Assembly: GCA_965223425.1 (NCBI GenBank)
Contig: OZ245003.1
Span: 640,001-704,000 of the forward strand
DNA from: Nitrosopumilus sp.
Lineage (GTDB): Archaea > Thermoproteota > Nitrososphaeria > Nitrososphaerales > Nitrosopumilaceae
DNA: 64,000 bases
Direction: 5' to 3'
Shown: piece after piece, positions 1 through 10,194 of the stretch
Layout of the letters: each line of letters opens with the position of its first letter
Numbering within the stretch: position 1 is the stretch's first letter
The notes under the pieces: model-generated
The model's database searches: none
What the model was told of the DNA's origin: nothing
Seen by the model: only the letters and a program-made list of their open reading frames with translations
Program-made: the position numbers and the translations under genes

Positions 1-980
1 CGTGCGGCCATACAGAGGAGAGGCGCCAAACGGCGACCTGCCAAGACTCGGATCGTACGGCAAGAACGCGGTGGGGTTCGTCTCTGAGCTGCGCGCCGCC
101 CGCGTCCCGCTCAAGATCATACCGCGCATCATACACTCTGTTGCCGGAGTCAGCATGTCTGCCTCCACTGCAAACAGCATCATGGCACGCACCGCAGACG
201 CGCTGGAAGGCCAGGCATCTGAGATAGCAAAGAACGTGGCCAAATCAGAAAGCGCCGGGTTTGACGAGACCATGCATCGCGACTGCGGCACCAAAAAGCA
301 GACAAACGTGGCCCAGTCAGGAAACAACATCTCAATACAGATCAGCCCAAGCAGGGCCACCCTGATGCTTGATTCGATGGACTATGACGGCATAGCAGTA
401 ACTGACGCATACAGGGGGTACGACAGGTTCAATGCAGAGGACAGACACCAGCTGTGCTGGTCGCACGACATACGCAGGGCAAAAACCCTGGCAGAAAAAT
501 ACGATCCCCTCCCAGATGACGGCAGGCGGAAAAAACGGCGGCAGTACCTCGAGGACCTGCGGTTTGTGTTCGGGGAGGCAAAACACGTCGCACGGCTGGG
601 GGCGCACACGCTGAGGCAGCGGCACGTCATGGAGGACACCTTGGCAGACGTTCTTGACCGGTACTGCGGCACGGGTGATGATGATGATGATGATGATGAT
701 GATGCAGACCTGCACAAGCTTGTCATGATGATGTACCGGCACCTTCCGCACCTGTTTACGTTTGTCCAGTACGCCGGTGTGGAGCCGACTAACAACGCAT
801 CAGAGAGGGCGCTGCGCTATATGGTGGTGTTCCGGAAGATAAGCGGGCAGACCAAGGGCGGCAGCAAGTCCATGAAGCGCCTTGGAGATTTTGTAAGCTG
901 CGTCCTGACGTGGCAGAATCACGGCAAGAGCGTGGCGCAGGAGGTTGCCAGACTGATATAAGGGGCAGGTGAACTCATAC
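1..980 (+). mobile_element. IS66-family element (single-ORF type), 5' part outside the window
   Basis: Transposase ORF 2..961; terminus GGGGCAGGTGAACTCATAC ends at 980 and recurs inverted at 51856 and as a variant ending at 11054. Confidence 0.85.
2..961 (+). CDS. IS66-family transposase (partial)
   Basis: Motifs GFDET, VTDAYRGY, HQLCWSH, PTNNASERALR typical of IS66 TnpC. Confidence 0.9.
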   Translation: MRPYRGEAPNGDLPRLGSYGKNAVGFVSELRAARVPLKIIPRIIHSVAGVSMSASTANSIMARTADALEGQASEIAKNVAKSESAGFDETMHRDCGTKKQTNVAQSGNNISIQISPSRATLMLDSMDYDGIAVTDAYRGYDRFNAEDRHQLCWSHDIRRAKTLAEKYDPLPDDGRRKKRRQYLEDLRFVFGEAKHVARLGAHTLRQRHVMEDTLADVLDRYCGTGDDDDDDDDDADLHKLVMMMYRHLPHLFTFVQYAGVEPTNNASERALRYMVVFRKISGQTKGGSKSMKRLGDFVSCVLTWQNHGKSVAQEVARLI

Positions 981-1019
981 GTGATATTTTTCTCCTTTTT
1001 TATAACATATTGACAGTAA

Positions 1020-1328
1020 TCAAAAATTGTATTCTTTCTTTTGTCTCTTTCTCTCAGACTGAATTATGCCATCTATCTCTTTTTCTGATAGTTCGCCATA
1101 TTTTGTGATCTTGGGATCTAATTTTTTGTAGAGGTTTTGCAGATCTTTTACAACGTCTGACACGTTCATTTTTTTCATGATAACTGCATCTTTGTATCCA
1201 TATACTAGCAGTTTTGTCTTTGTTGTGATTCCAAGTTTTTCTCGAATATCTTGGGGTATGACCACTTGGCCTTTTCCACTTACAATTGTTACATCAGCTT
1301 TATCTTGTTGAGCCATATTATGTCTCAA
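1020..1328 (-). CDS. AbrB/MazE/SpoVT-family DNA-binding protein (start probably 1316)
   Basis: VSGKGQVVIPQDIREKLGI is the AbrB signature. Confidence 0.85.
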   Translation of the reverse strand: MRHNMAQQDKADVTIVSGKGQVVIPQDIREKLGITTKTKLLVYGYKDAVIMKKMNVSDVVKDLQNLYKKLDPKITKYGELSEKEIDGIIQSERKRQKKEYNF

Positions 1329-1369
1329 CTAATCTTACTTTCTTACTTATTTTAAATATTGCTGTTTTA

Positions 1370-1470
1370 GGTTCTGTGAAGTTGTCGTGTGTTGGGTATG
1401 AAATATGAGTTTTCTCTGAATTGAAAATTTTCTCTTAACACATGTTAACACACGATAACTTCACAGAGCC
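1370..1470. mobile_element. 101-bp MITE-like element with 24-bp terminal inverted repeats (IS6-type GGTTCTGT end)
   Basis: 1370-1393 ggttctgtgaagttgtcgtgtgtt vs reverse complement of 1447-1470 ggctctgtgaagttatcgtgtgtt, 22/24 identical; no ORF; no target duplication seen. Confidence 0.75.
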
Positions 1471-1511
1471 ATCCAGTCAAATTTTTAAAAAGGATTCCTG
1501 TTTGTAGAAAT

Positions 1512-1940
1512 ATGAGTAATTACGATACAAGTAAAAAAGGTAGAGATCATGTCAAAAAATCATTAGAAAAAGAAGGATGGAAAGTCAAAATCATAGGCAC
1601 AAAAGATGAATATTTTGAAATTGAAAAGAATTCAAAATCACGTCTGATCAAAGTTAAAACACTGACAAATAAAACCCATATTGCTTTTGGAAGCACTTCA
1701 GATGAATGGAAAAAAGCTGATTTTATGATCATTTGTAGATTCTTAGAAAACAAAAAACCTGAATTGTTTATTTCGAATATTGAACAAATAGTTTTAGGAA
1801 TTAATAGTAGACCTGATTATTCTGAATGGTTATCGTCTAAAATCTATGAAAAATTTGAAACCTCCTTGAGTGTATTAAATGGAGAATCTTTATTTCAAAA
1901 AATATTAAGATTGTCAAAAAAATTACGAATTAAATTTTAA
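1512..1940 (+). CDS. Hypothetical protein, possibly PD-(D/E)xK nuclease-like
   Basis: 142-aa AT-rich ORF; LEKEGWKV ... D ... RLIKVKT loosely resembles small restriction-fold nucleases. Confidence 0.45.
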   Translation: MSNYDTSKKGRDHVKKSLEKEGWKVKIIGTKDEYFEIEKNSKSRLIKVKTLTNKTHIAFGSTSDEWKKADFMIICRFLENKKPELFISNIEQIVLGINSRPDYSEWLSSKIYEKFETSLSVLNGESLFQKILRLSKKLRIKF

Positions 1941-2330
1941 CCAACGACTATCCTTGCCATTTGATAACCAACTAAACTGATGTAATCATAAAATATCATT
2001 AATTTCCCACCAAATGTGTTTATCAATCCACCTTTAAGAGTTATCTTAATCAGTCTTCCCAGAAGTACCGAGTTTTCCTCTGAACTGTAACCAGTAATTT
2101 GTGATTCTACAGATTCTGGACATGTGTGATTCTTTGCAGTAGAAAGTTTCTCCTCTTGGCAATCTCTGTGAAGTACTTCTGGGAAGACTGTTTATAATGT
2201 TCGGTTCAAGGTCATTGACATGTTTCTTGATCTCACTTAACATTTTTCTTAATTCTAAATTCTCGTCTTCTGGATCAATATCTAATTCATACCATTACTG
2301 AAATCTTACAAAAGGCAAAAGAATAATTTT

Positions 2331-5192
2331 TTATTCAATTAAAATTGCAGGCTTGAACGGTCTTGCATGCTTTGCTTTTCCCTTTGGATCATAAACATCT
2401 GAATCAGATTCAGAATAAACTTGAATCTCTGCTCCAAAATCTTTCTTACCAATAGAACTTAGCTCATTTGCGAGAAAACCCTTCTCATTAAGTTCATCTG
2501 TTTCAAGTTTTGTTTTTCTAATTTCAGTTGGTTCAGATAAGATATCTTTGATAGTCTTTTGAACAAAATCAGGAATCTTCTTGACATCTGATGTCTCTGG
2601 ATCACTGATTAGATCTTTCATGACCGCACCCATGTTTGTTTGTCCCTCCATCACTTTTTCTAAAATAGTGTGATACACTTTGGATTTGAACTGACTTGCA
2701 GTATAGATTGTAATCTTTTGTGGAGTCATCTTTGTGACTTTAAGAATATTTGCAACGTCGCCTATTGTTGATTTTAACAGTTCCTCAGATTGAATTGCAG
2801 CAGCATCTATGTTTTCTTGGATGAATTCTGGCCATTTTGATGTTGATACAAGTTCAGAATGACCAAGTTTCTCCCACATTTCTTCAGCAATATGTGGGGC
2901 AAATGGTGAAAGCATTGCAACACGTGTAGAGTTTATCTGATGCAGTATTCCTGAAATATTTTCTCTGTTTTTCGCCTTGACTCTTTTCATGTACCACCCC
3001 AAATCTGATTCAAATGAGAACAAAATATCATGTAGGGCCTCCCGCAACCTCATCTTTTCAATTGCAGCAGTTACCTGTGATACCATGCTTTGAGTTTTAG
3101 ATAAAATCCACCTGTCTTCGGCCTCTAGGTTCCCTATCTTTTCTGCTTTGAGTCTAGAACACTCGTCATACAGTGATTCTAGTTTATGCTTGACTCCGCC
3201 TACTGCTTCTAACTTAAAGTCAGCATCTTGTAATAACTCAGCTGATATGATAATTGCTAATCTTATTGGATCTGCCCCATGGTCTTGTATGGCTTGTCGT
3301 AATGGAATGATGTTTCCCATACTTTTTGACATTTTTTTGCCATCCATTAGTACAGAACCGTTAACTACAATTTGTTGCGGCCAATTCTCTTCAGGAAATA
3401 TTGCTACGTGGTTTAATACAAAAAATGTCAGGTGATTTGGAACCAAATCCCGACCCGAATGTCTCGAGTCAACTGGATAAAAATACGTAAACTCTTTTCT
3501 TATTTTCTCTACAATCTCAGCTGGAATGTCTGGTACTTTCTCAGCTGAACCCTCTCCTAAAAAGACATAATTAAAGAATTCTTTTGATAGATTCTCTGCC
3601 TTGACTGTTCCGTCATTGACAAATCTGGATATGGTATAATATGACATGTAAATTACAGAGTCAGACAAGCTCTCAACAATCCAGTCCTTATCCCATGGTA
3701 GTTTAGTGCCCAAACCATGTTGTCTTGCACAAGCTCGTTCTCGTAACCATCCAACTACGTAATGAAATTCGCCAACAATTTCATTTGGTAAAACACTCAT
3801 TGAATCAAAACACTTTGTAGCTTTTGATTTCCAATCTTTGTCCCCGTAATTGAGGAACCATTGATTTGATAAAATTTTAACAACACACTCGGCTCCACAA
3901 CGACACTTTACAGGAGTGTTTGTTAGTTCTAATAGGATGTCTGAATATTTTTTATCCTCTAACCACTCTTTGATGGCATCTTTAGCCTCATCTACTTTTT
4001 TTCCTGCAAACTGTCCACAGTTTTCTTTAAGAATGCCACCATAGAATTCTTTTCCGTAGACTTCGGTTGTAGCTTCCTCCAGCTTCGGATCATCCTGATT
4101 CTTTATCTCAAATTTCTCACAGGCCTCTTTTGCTGAGAAATCACCATATTCCTCAGTAGAAATAATTGAAACAGGCTTGATTAACTGCAGTTCTGAGCCC
4201 AGAGGCTGGTTTTTCTTAAAATCAACTAATGCCTGATAGTCAAATGGTGCATGTGCAGGAACTGACATTACAAGACCGGTTCCAGTAGCTGACTCTACAA
4301 AGCTTGCCTCTAACATCGGAATTGACTCGTTTTTATGTGGAATTGTAACATTTTTTCCAATTAAATCAGAACCTGCAATTTCACCATCACAAGTGATCTC
4401 CCTGTCCAAAAATTCTAACTTGTGTGCACACTCAGCTGATACAATCCATTTCTCACCATCAACAGTAATTTTCTTGTAAATCGTTTCAGGATTTACCCAA
4501 AGATTTGTCACACCAAAGATAGTTTCCGGACGTAATGTTGCAGTTGGTACTACATAACCGTCAAACTGAAATTTGATCAAGATGTATTCTGTAAAATCCG
4601 GCTCTACATCGCCTAGCGTATCATGCTGCGATACGGGATTTTGATCACGTGGACACCATCCTACGGGATGATTTCCCTGAATGATCAGGTTTCTCTCTCT
4701 TAAGGCATTGATTTGCCACTCAATAAATTTCTGATAAGCTGGAACTATGGTGGTAAACTCTCTTCTCCAATCAATGGAATAGCCCATCTCTATCATTCCA
4801 GCCTTGATCTCTTCATGAAAATAGTCTGCAATCTTTATTGGCTCAACAAATGTTTTGATGTCCTCTTCTGGAACGTGGTAGATGTTTCGAAGGCCGTCAA
4901 GAATTTCTTTATCTTGAGATTCCACTCTTTTTGCCATTCCAAGAATTGGTGTTCCGGTATAGTGAAATCCCATTGGAAACAGGACATTGTATCCCCGCAT
5001 TCTATAGAATCTTGCATGAACATCAGCAATGGTGTAAGTTCTGCCATGTCCAATATGTTGTGGTGAGTTTGGATATGGGTATGCTACTGTAATGAATTTT
5101 TTTGGTTTATCATTTGGGTTTGCCTCAAAGTCGCAAGTTTCTTGCCATCTGTTTCTCCACTTTGACTCAATCTCTTTCCAGTTAATTTCCAT
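2331..5192 (-). CDS. leuS: Leucine--tRNA ligase (archaeal type)
   Basis: PYPNSPQHIGH and KMSKS motifs, TLRPET editing domain, C-terminal ARPFKPAILIE. Confidence 0.97.
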   Translation of the reverse strand: MEINWKEIESKWRNRWQETCDFEANPNDKPKKFITVAYPYPNSPQHIGHGRTYTIADVHARFYRMRGYNVLFPMGFHYTGTPILGMAKRVESQDKEILDGLRNIYHVPEEDIKTFVEPIKIADYFHEEIKAGMIEMGYSIDWRREFTTIVPAYQKFIEWQINALRERNLIIQGNHPVGWCPRDQNPVSQHDTLGDVEPDFTEYILIKFQFDGYVVPTATLRPETIFGVTNLWVNPETIYKKITVDGEKWIVSAECAHKLEFLDREITCDGEIAGSDLIGKNVTIPHKNESIPMLEASFVESATGTGLVMSVPAHAPFDYQALVDFKKNQPLGSELQLIKPVSIISTEEYGDFSAKEACEKFEIKNQDDPKLEEATTEVYGKEFYGGILKENCGQFAGKKVDEAKDAIKEWLEDKKYSDILLELTNTPVKCRCGAECVVKILSNQWFLNYGDKDWKSKATKCFDSMSVLPNEIVGEFHYVVGWLRERACARQHGLGTKLPWDKDWIVESLSDSVIYMSYYTISRFVNDGTVKAENLSKEFFNYVFLGEGSAEKVPDIPAEIVEKIRKEFTYFYPVDSRHSGRDLVPNHLTFFVLNHVAIFPEENWPQQIVVNGSVLMDGKKMSKSMGNIIPLRQAIQDHGADPIRLAIIISAELLQDADFKLEAVGGVKHKLESLYDECSRLKAEKIGNLEAEDRWILSKTQSMVSQVTAAIEKMRLREALHDILFSFESDLGWYMKRVKAKNRENISGILHQINSTRVAMLSPFAPHIAEEMWEKLGHSELVSTSKWPEFIQENIDAAAIQSEELLKSTIGDVANILKVTKMTPQKITIYTASQFKSKVYHTILEKVMEGQTNMGAVMKDLISDPETSDVKKIPDFVQKTIKDILSEPTEIRKTKLETDELNEKGFLANELSSIGKKDFGAEIQVYSESDSDVYDPKGKAKHARPFKPAILIE

Positions 5193-7863
5193 AATCTTGT
5201 CCTAAAATCATTGATTTTGCCTTGGCTAATGCCTTGTCTTTTTTAGATGTGTCTTTTCCTCCACCTTGAGCAAATTTGGCATCTCCCCCTCCAGAACCGC
5301 CCAGAATTTCTGATATTTCCTTGGCAATTGAGCCTGCATTGATGCCTGATTGCTCACCTGAAAATACCATTATTCTGACTGTTGGGCCGGCCTCAAAGAT
5401 TCCACAATATGCAGCTTTTGAGTCTTGTACCAGTTTTTTGCCAAAGTTTTGATGAAAATACTCGTCATAATCACTACTCTCTGTAAGGCACAACTTGTCT
5501 TTGACATGGATTCCATCAAAATGTCCTGATTCTCCGGCTAGAATTTTTTCTAATAGAACGGGAATCTTTTTTCTTGCCTTTTGCTTGTTTTCTTCTCTTT
5601 GTCTTTCTATGATGTCTTTTTGAGCTGTTTCTTCAGCTAGTTCTGCTTGTTTTATTTCTTGGTCTTTGATGTATTGTTGTGCAGTTGGTCCTGACACAAA
5701 CTCAATTCTCACTACTCCGTCTTGAATTCGTTTTGTTTTTGTAATTTTGATTAATCCTATCTCTTTTGTTTTTTTGACATGTGTTCCGCCACATGCTTCT
5801 ACGTCAAAGTCTTCAATTGATACAATTCTAACTGATTTGACAGGAACTACCCCTCCTTGGTAGATCTTGAAACCGTATTTTTGCTCAGCAGTACCTCTAT
5901 CACAATTCTCAATTGATACGGACATGTCTTTTGCAACTATTTTATTTGCAGCTTTCTCAATCTGTGCCACTTGTTCCTCAGTTAGTGAAGAGTGATGAGT
6001 GATGTCTAGCCTGGCATGATCAGCTTCTTTGAATGCCGAATGCTGCCATATCCATGAACCTAATACTTTTCTGGCCGATGAGTTTAGAATATGTGTACTG
6101 GTGTGATTTTTTGTAATGTTTGCTCTACGTGTCTTATCAACCACACATGATACAGCATCTCCCTGTTTTGGAATTTCTCCATCTAACTTGTGCAAAATTA
6201 TGCCACCGTGTTTATTCACATCAACTACTTTTGAGCCTGAGATGGTGCCATGGTCTGGTTCTTGTCCTCCCCCTCTTGCATAAAACGAAGTCCTATCAAG
6301 CACTACCAAATCATCAATCACTCTAAGAACTCTGGCATCAAAATTCATTGGGTCATCTTTGTAAAACAGCGTCTCCGTATCTGGAAGATCTTCGATTGCT
6401 AGTTGTTCTGCAGTCTTTTTCTTATCTGATTGGTGCAAATCGGATAATTTTTCATAAAATGATGAAGGAATCTCCGAAATTGCCTCTATTTCTTTGAGAT
6501 ATTCGGGCGTAATTCCGTCTGACTCGTATAATGTAATTAGTTCGTCAACTGTCGGTATTCCTTTTTCGCGAATCTTGTCGGCTTTCTTCTTCATGTGTAC
6601 CTTGGATTCAACATATCTTTGTGACTCTAGTGTGAGAACCGTCTTGGCGTCTTGTCTTTTTCCATCAAGTTCCGGATGGGTGTCTCTAAGATAATCAACA
6701 TGCATGTCAACTAGCTCGTCAATGTCTATCTTGAGATTCATCCTATCGGCCGTTCCATTAATTCTCCGCAACATCATTCGAAGATTGTATCCTCCACCGA
6801 CATTACTTGGTAATGCACCATCAGTAATTGCAAATATCAAAGTTCGAAGATGGTCTGCAATTAGGTACACTCCTTCAAGTGGTGTGACGATTCTGCCAAT
6901 CTGATCTTCAGTTAATCCTGCAGAACTTACTGCATGTTTTCTAACGTCTATCAGATCATCATAAATCTCTAGATTCTTTGCAATTGCTGTAAAATAATTT
7001 GTTAGCATTTCAGAATCTGAATCAGCTCCTATTTTTTGCATGAGATGGTTGGTGATTGGACCAAAACAGCAATCATATGCAGTTGGGGTTCCGTTTGTAA
7101 TCCATGCAAAGCGCTCAAGGCCGGCGCCCATGTCAATTACCCTCTGATCAAGTGTGGTGTGTCTGCCTAACTCACCCTGAAATTCAGTAAATACTGCGTT
7201 TCCAAGCTCCAATCCTCTGACAAAATATTCCAATGATGAACCAAATGAACCACCGCCGGCCCAAACATCTTCAACAAACACAACTTCTTCCCTTTTTATT
7301 CCAAATTGGTCAGTTAGCAATCTGTAATCCAGATCAACGCATTCATCTTTCCAATACCCATCCTCATTTGGAACACTGTGTTGCCCTATCATGCAGAAAC
7401 TCGAAAAGTGACGTCCTGTCACCCCCACATTTTCTAAATCTTTGAAACGTAAACAAGTTTGTGGAACTACAAGTGGGTTTGCAGGAAACTCAAATACCAC
7501 TTTTGATCCCATTACCCTTTGAAAATCAACAATTGACGCAATTGTAAAGTACAAGTCATCACGCCACCTACAAACAACAGGATACCTGCTAACTGACGTG
7601 TGGTTATTTTTTACAAAAAATTCTTCAACCTGCTTCCAAGCTTGCGTATAATCAAATCGCTTTGTTGTTGGAGGCTCTCCAATGAATGAATAGGTGTCAT
7701 CTGCGTCTTCTGGACACATATCTCGTCCAGAATCCAAAGTCCAAAAGAATCTGCCACACTCTGAACACGGTTTTCTGACAAAACCCTGTTCTTCAAATAA
7801 TTTGACTTTATAGTATCTGTCAGAATCTGATGAAAATTCCTTTAAAATCTCTTTTTTATCCAA
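5182..7863 (-). CDS. alaS: Alanine--tRNA ligase
   Basis: IDMGAGLER, ADHLR, editing HTSTH and CGGTH, C-terminal GGSGGG..FAQGGG. Confidence 0.97.
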   Translation of the reverse strand: MDKKEILKEFSSDSDRYYKVKLFEEQGFVRKPCSECGRFFWTLDSGRDMCPEDADDTYSFIGEPPTTKRFDYTQAWKQVEEFFVKNNHTSVSRYPVVCRWRDDLYFTIASIVDFQRVMGSKVVFEFPANPLVVPQTCLRFKDLENVGVTGRHFSSFCMIGQHSVPNEDGYWKDECVDLDYRLLTDQFGIKREEVVFVEDVWAGGGSFGSSLEYFVRGLELGNAVFTEFQGELGRHTTLDQRVIDMGAGLERFAWITNGTPTAYDCCFGPITNHLMQKIGADSDSEMLTNYFTAIAKNLEIYDDLIDVRKHAVSSAGLTEDQIGRIVTPLEGVYLIADHLRTLIFAITDGALPSNVGGGYNLRMMLRRINGTADRMNLKIDIDELVDMHVDYLRDTHPELDGKRQDAKTVLTLESQRYVESKVHMKKKADKIREKGIPTVDELITLYESDGITPEYLKEIEAISEIPSSFYEKLSDLHQSDKKKTAEQLAIEDLPDTETLFYKDDPMNFDARVLRVIDDLVVLDRTSFYARGGGQEPDHGTISGSKVVDVNKHGGIILHKLDGEIPKQGDAVSCVVDKTRRANITKNHTSTHILNSSARKVLGSWIWQHSAFKEADHARLDITHHSSLTEEQVAQIEKAANKIVAKDMSVSIENCDRGTAEQKYGFKIYQGGVVPVKSVRIVSIEDFDVEACGGTHVKKTKEIGLIKITKTKRIQDGVVRIEFVSGPTAQQYIKDQEIKQAELAEETAQKDIIERQREENKQKARKKIPVLLEKILAGESGHFDGIHVKDKLCLTESSDYDEYFHQNFGKKLVQDSKAAYCGIFEAGPTVRIMVFSGEQSGINAGSIAKEISEILGGSGGGDAKFAQGGGKDTSKKDKALAKAKSMILGQDYGN

Positions 7864-7904
7864 CGATGAAGCATCTCCAATCCAATATTAAGAATTGTCT
7901 ATCG

Positions 7905-8234
7905 GGTTCTGTTGGGTTATAGTGATATGGGTATGAAATACGGATCTTCTCTGGATTGAAAATCATATCTAAACCAAATCCTTACTTAATGATGCATTCT
8001 GGATGATAGCCTTCCATTTGTTAGTCCCTTCAACAGTTATCCTTGAGGCCTGTGCTGGTGTCCTGCCCTTCAATGCACCGTACCAAACTCTGCCTTTTTC
8101 AGTGATTCCAGAGTTGCCTTGATGTGTTTGCAGTCGCCCTTGAAACCACAGTTGCAGGCAAGACCATTACCTGTAGAACTGACCTCATGATCACCAGCTT
8201 GATATTTGCCCAGATAGAGCTGTTTTGTTTTCAT
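7905..8234 (-). pseudogene. Internally deleted transposase remnant (SWIM-finger N-terminus joined out of frame to a C-terminal fragment) with IS6-type end at 7905
   Basis: Hand translation: 8234..8070 MKTKQLYLGK...ACNCGFKGDCKHIKA (CxC..CxH); about 8082..7969 GALKGRTPAQASRITVEGTNKWKAIIQNAS; 7905-7974 is 53/70 identical, gapless, to MITE 1370-1439. Confidence 0.6.
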
Positions 8235-8374
8235 GCGTACATTACCTCGAAAATTAATATGTTAGAAAATGAATCAAGAAGTGAGGGCTCAGATGTACTC
8301 ACTGTCATCACATTGATGTCAGATTGCACGCGGCTCATCATTGCCCTCATTTTTGTTTGATTCATATAATAGAT

Positions 8375-8442
8375 TAACAGCACGGTTATTTATTACTTAC
8401 TGTTAACAGAACTGTTATTAACAGATCTGTTAATATTTATAA
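8375..8442. promoter_or_regulatory. Array of palindromic TAACAG-nn-CTGTTA operators abutting a TATA-like box
   Basis: Perfect 20-bp palindrome tattaacagatctgttaata 8416-8435, taacagaactgtta 8404-8417, degenerate taacagcacggtta 8375-8388; tttataa 8436-8442. Confidence 0.65.
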
Positions 8443-8461
8443 TACATGTATGTAATTCTAA

Positions 8462-8653
8462 ATGAAGTTGACACGCTGGAAAAAAAATGCTAAAGAATTT
8501 GATGTGAGTATTAGCCAAAGTAAGAACAAGGATGGCTCTCAAAGTCTCATCTGCCGTATTCCAAAACCTGTTGTGGAATCACTTGGAAATCCAGACTCGT
8601 TAGTTTTCAAGTTAGGCAAAAACAAAGTATCTGTAGAGGCTGGCAATAAATGA
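8462..8653 (+). CDS. Small AbrB-like regulator
   Basis: 63 aa, SLICRIPKPVVESLG resembles the AbrB fold; ATGA overlap with the methyltransferase. Confidence 0.6.
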   Translation: MKLTRWKKNAKEFDVSISQSKNKDGSQSLICRIPKPVVESLGNPDSLVFKLGKNKVSVEAGNK

Positions 8654-9110
8654 AACCAACTGTTGTCTCTCTGTTTTCTGGATGTGGTGGTATGGACTTG
8701 GGTTTTAAACTGGCAGGATTTGAAATTAAATGGGCAAATGACAACAACAAAGATGCTGTTAACACCTATATGAAAAATATAGGCAAGCATATTGTCTTGG
8801 GAGATATTACAAAGATACCAAGTCACAGCATACCTGACAATCCAGATGTGTTGTTAGGAGGTTTTTCATGTCAGGGGTTCTCAGTTGCAAACACAAAAAG
8901 AAATGTCAACGATCCACGAAATTTTCTTTACTTAGAAATGATTCGTATGATTAAAGATAAGAAGCCGTTGTTTTTTGTGGCTGAAAATGTAAAAGGCATA
9001 CTTTCAATTGGTAATGGAAAGTTTATCAAACGCCTTGTATCTGATTTCCGAAAATTAGGATATGACTTGAATTACCAACTGCTAAACTGTGCAGATTATG
9101 GGGTTCCACA
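8650..9110 (+). pseudogene. C5-cytosine DNA methyltransferase, truncated by an IS
   Basis: Motif I SLFSGCGG, motif IV GGFSCQGFS (Pro of PC replaced by Ser), motif VI ENV; cut at YGVPQ (motif VIII) by the IS end at 9111. Confidence 0.9.
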
Positions 9111-10194
9111 GGGGGTTGTTGCCAAATTCACCCCCATGATCTAATTTTGTGATTTTTCACGCATATTGATCAGGGAGGATGTGAGTTCTCTAATGAGTGA
9201 TCATAAGAGACGTGATCAGTGCTGGAAGTACTATCACGATGCCCACACCCGAGAACCGGATTTTCTCACGTCCCACATAGTTTCTTTGATTGTGAAAAAT
9301 CCGTGTCCTGTCCGGGACAGACAGTCCGGTCCTGGACGCAACCGGGTTCACAGCAGGAGCAAGCTGGCATGCATCTGCATACTCACGGTGTGTCTCAACC
9401 ATACATACCGGGACATGGAGAACCTTGTATCCAAGCTTAAACTGCCGTGGGACGAACCCGTACCTGATCACACTACTGTCTCCAAGTTCATGCAAAAGAT
9501 TCCTGCTGCGTGGCTTGAGGACACGGTTGCCGTCACGGCAGCATCGTGCCTTGCAGGATTTGACGTCTCTGATCTCGCGCCGGCATCAGACAGACGGCAG
9601 CGGCGTTGCCACTGACAGGCATGAAAGAGTGCAAAAAAAGGCCAAAAACAGGCACAACAGGAGGCAAGGCGTCAAAGGAAGTATCTGAAATGGCACGCGG
9701 CCTCGGTACTGGGCCTGCAGGTCATACTCTCCTGCCGCATCACATCCAACAGGATGGCAGACACTGCAGTTTTGCCTCGCTGCTAAGGAAGATCAAAAAG
9801 ACAGGCATTGCCTTTGCAGGCAGGTTCAACGCAGACAGGGGGGGGGGGTATGATTCTGATAGGAACTGCAGGCCTGTCTTTGGTGCCGGCATGACCCCGA
9901 ACACAAAGCAGGGGGGCAATGCCGTGAACAGAACAAAAAAGTTCAGGAAAAAGGCCGCAGGGCTGTTTGACGGGGAGGTCTACAAAAAACGAGACTGACA
10001 GAGGGAATATTTGGAGCAGAGGAGACAGAGGGCCACCGGCTGCTGTGCAGGTTCAGAAAGACATCCACAAGAAGGCGGTTTGGACTGTGCAAGACAATAG
10101 GATGGAACCTTGAGGTGTTAAACCGTTTGGAGTGCGCCGCAAGGCGAAATATTCAGGCGGTGGCAGCTTAGATGTGAATTTGGCAACAACCCCC
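9111..10194 (+). mobile_element. IS5-family element with frameshifted transposase
   Basis: Perfect 21-bp TIR gggggttgttgccaaattcac (9111-9131 / 10174-10194); fragments PVPDHTTVSKF, DGSG, ADRG..YDS lie in different frames. Confidence 0.85.

Noticed and set aside
332-795. Many antisense ORFs within IS elements and core genes throughout the window
   Set aside because: Shadow frames of well-supported genes, favoured by higher GC; no motifs
2046-2292. 65-aa ORF as a real gene
   Set aside because: The open frame extends upstream to a stop without a convincing start; probably a gene fragment, no family recognised
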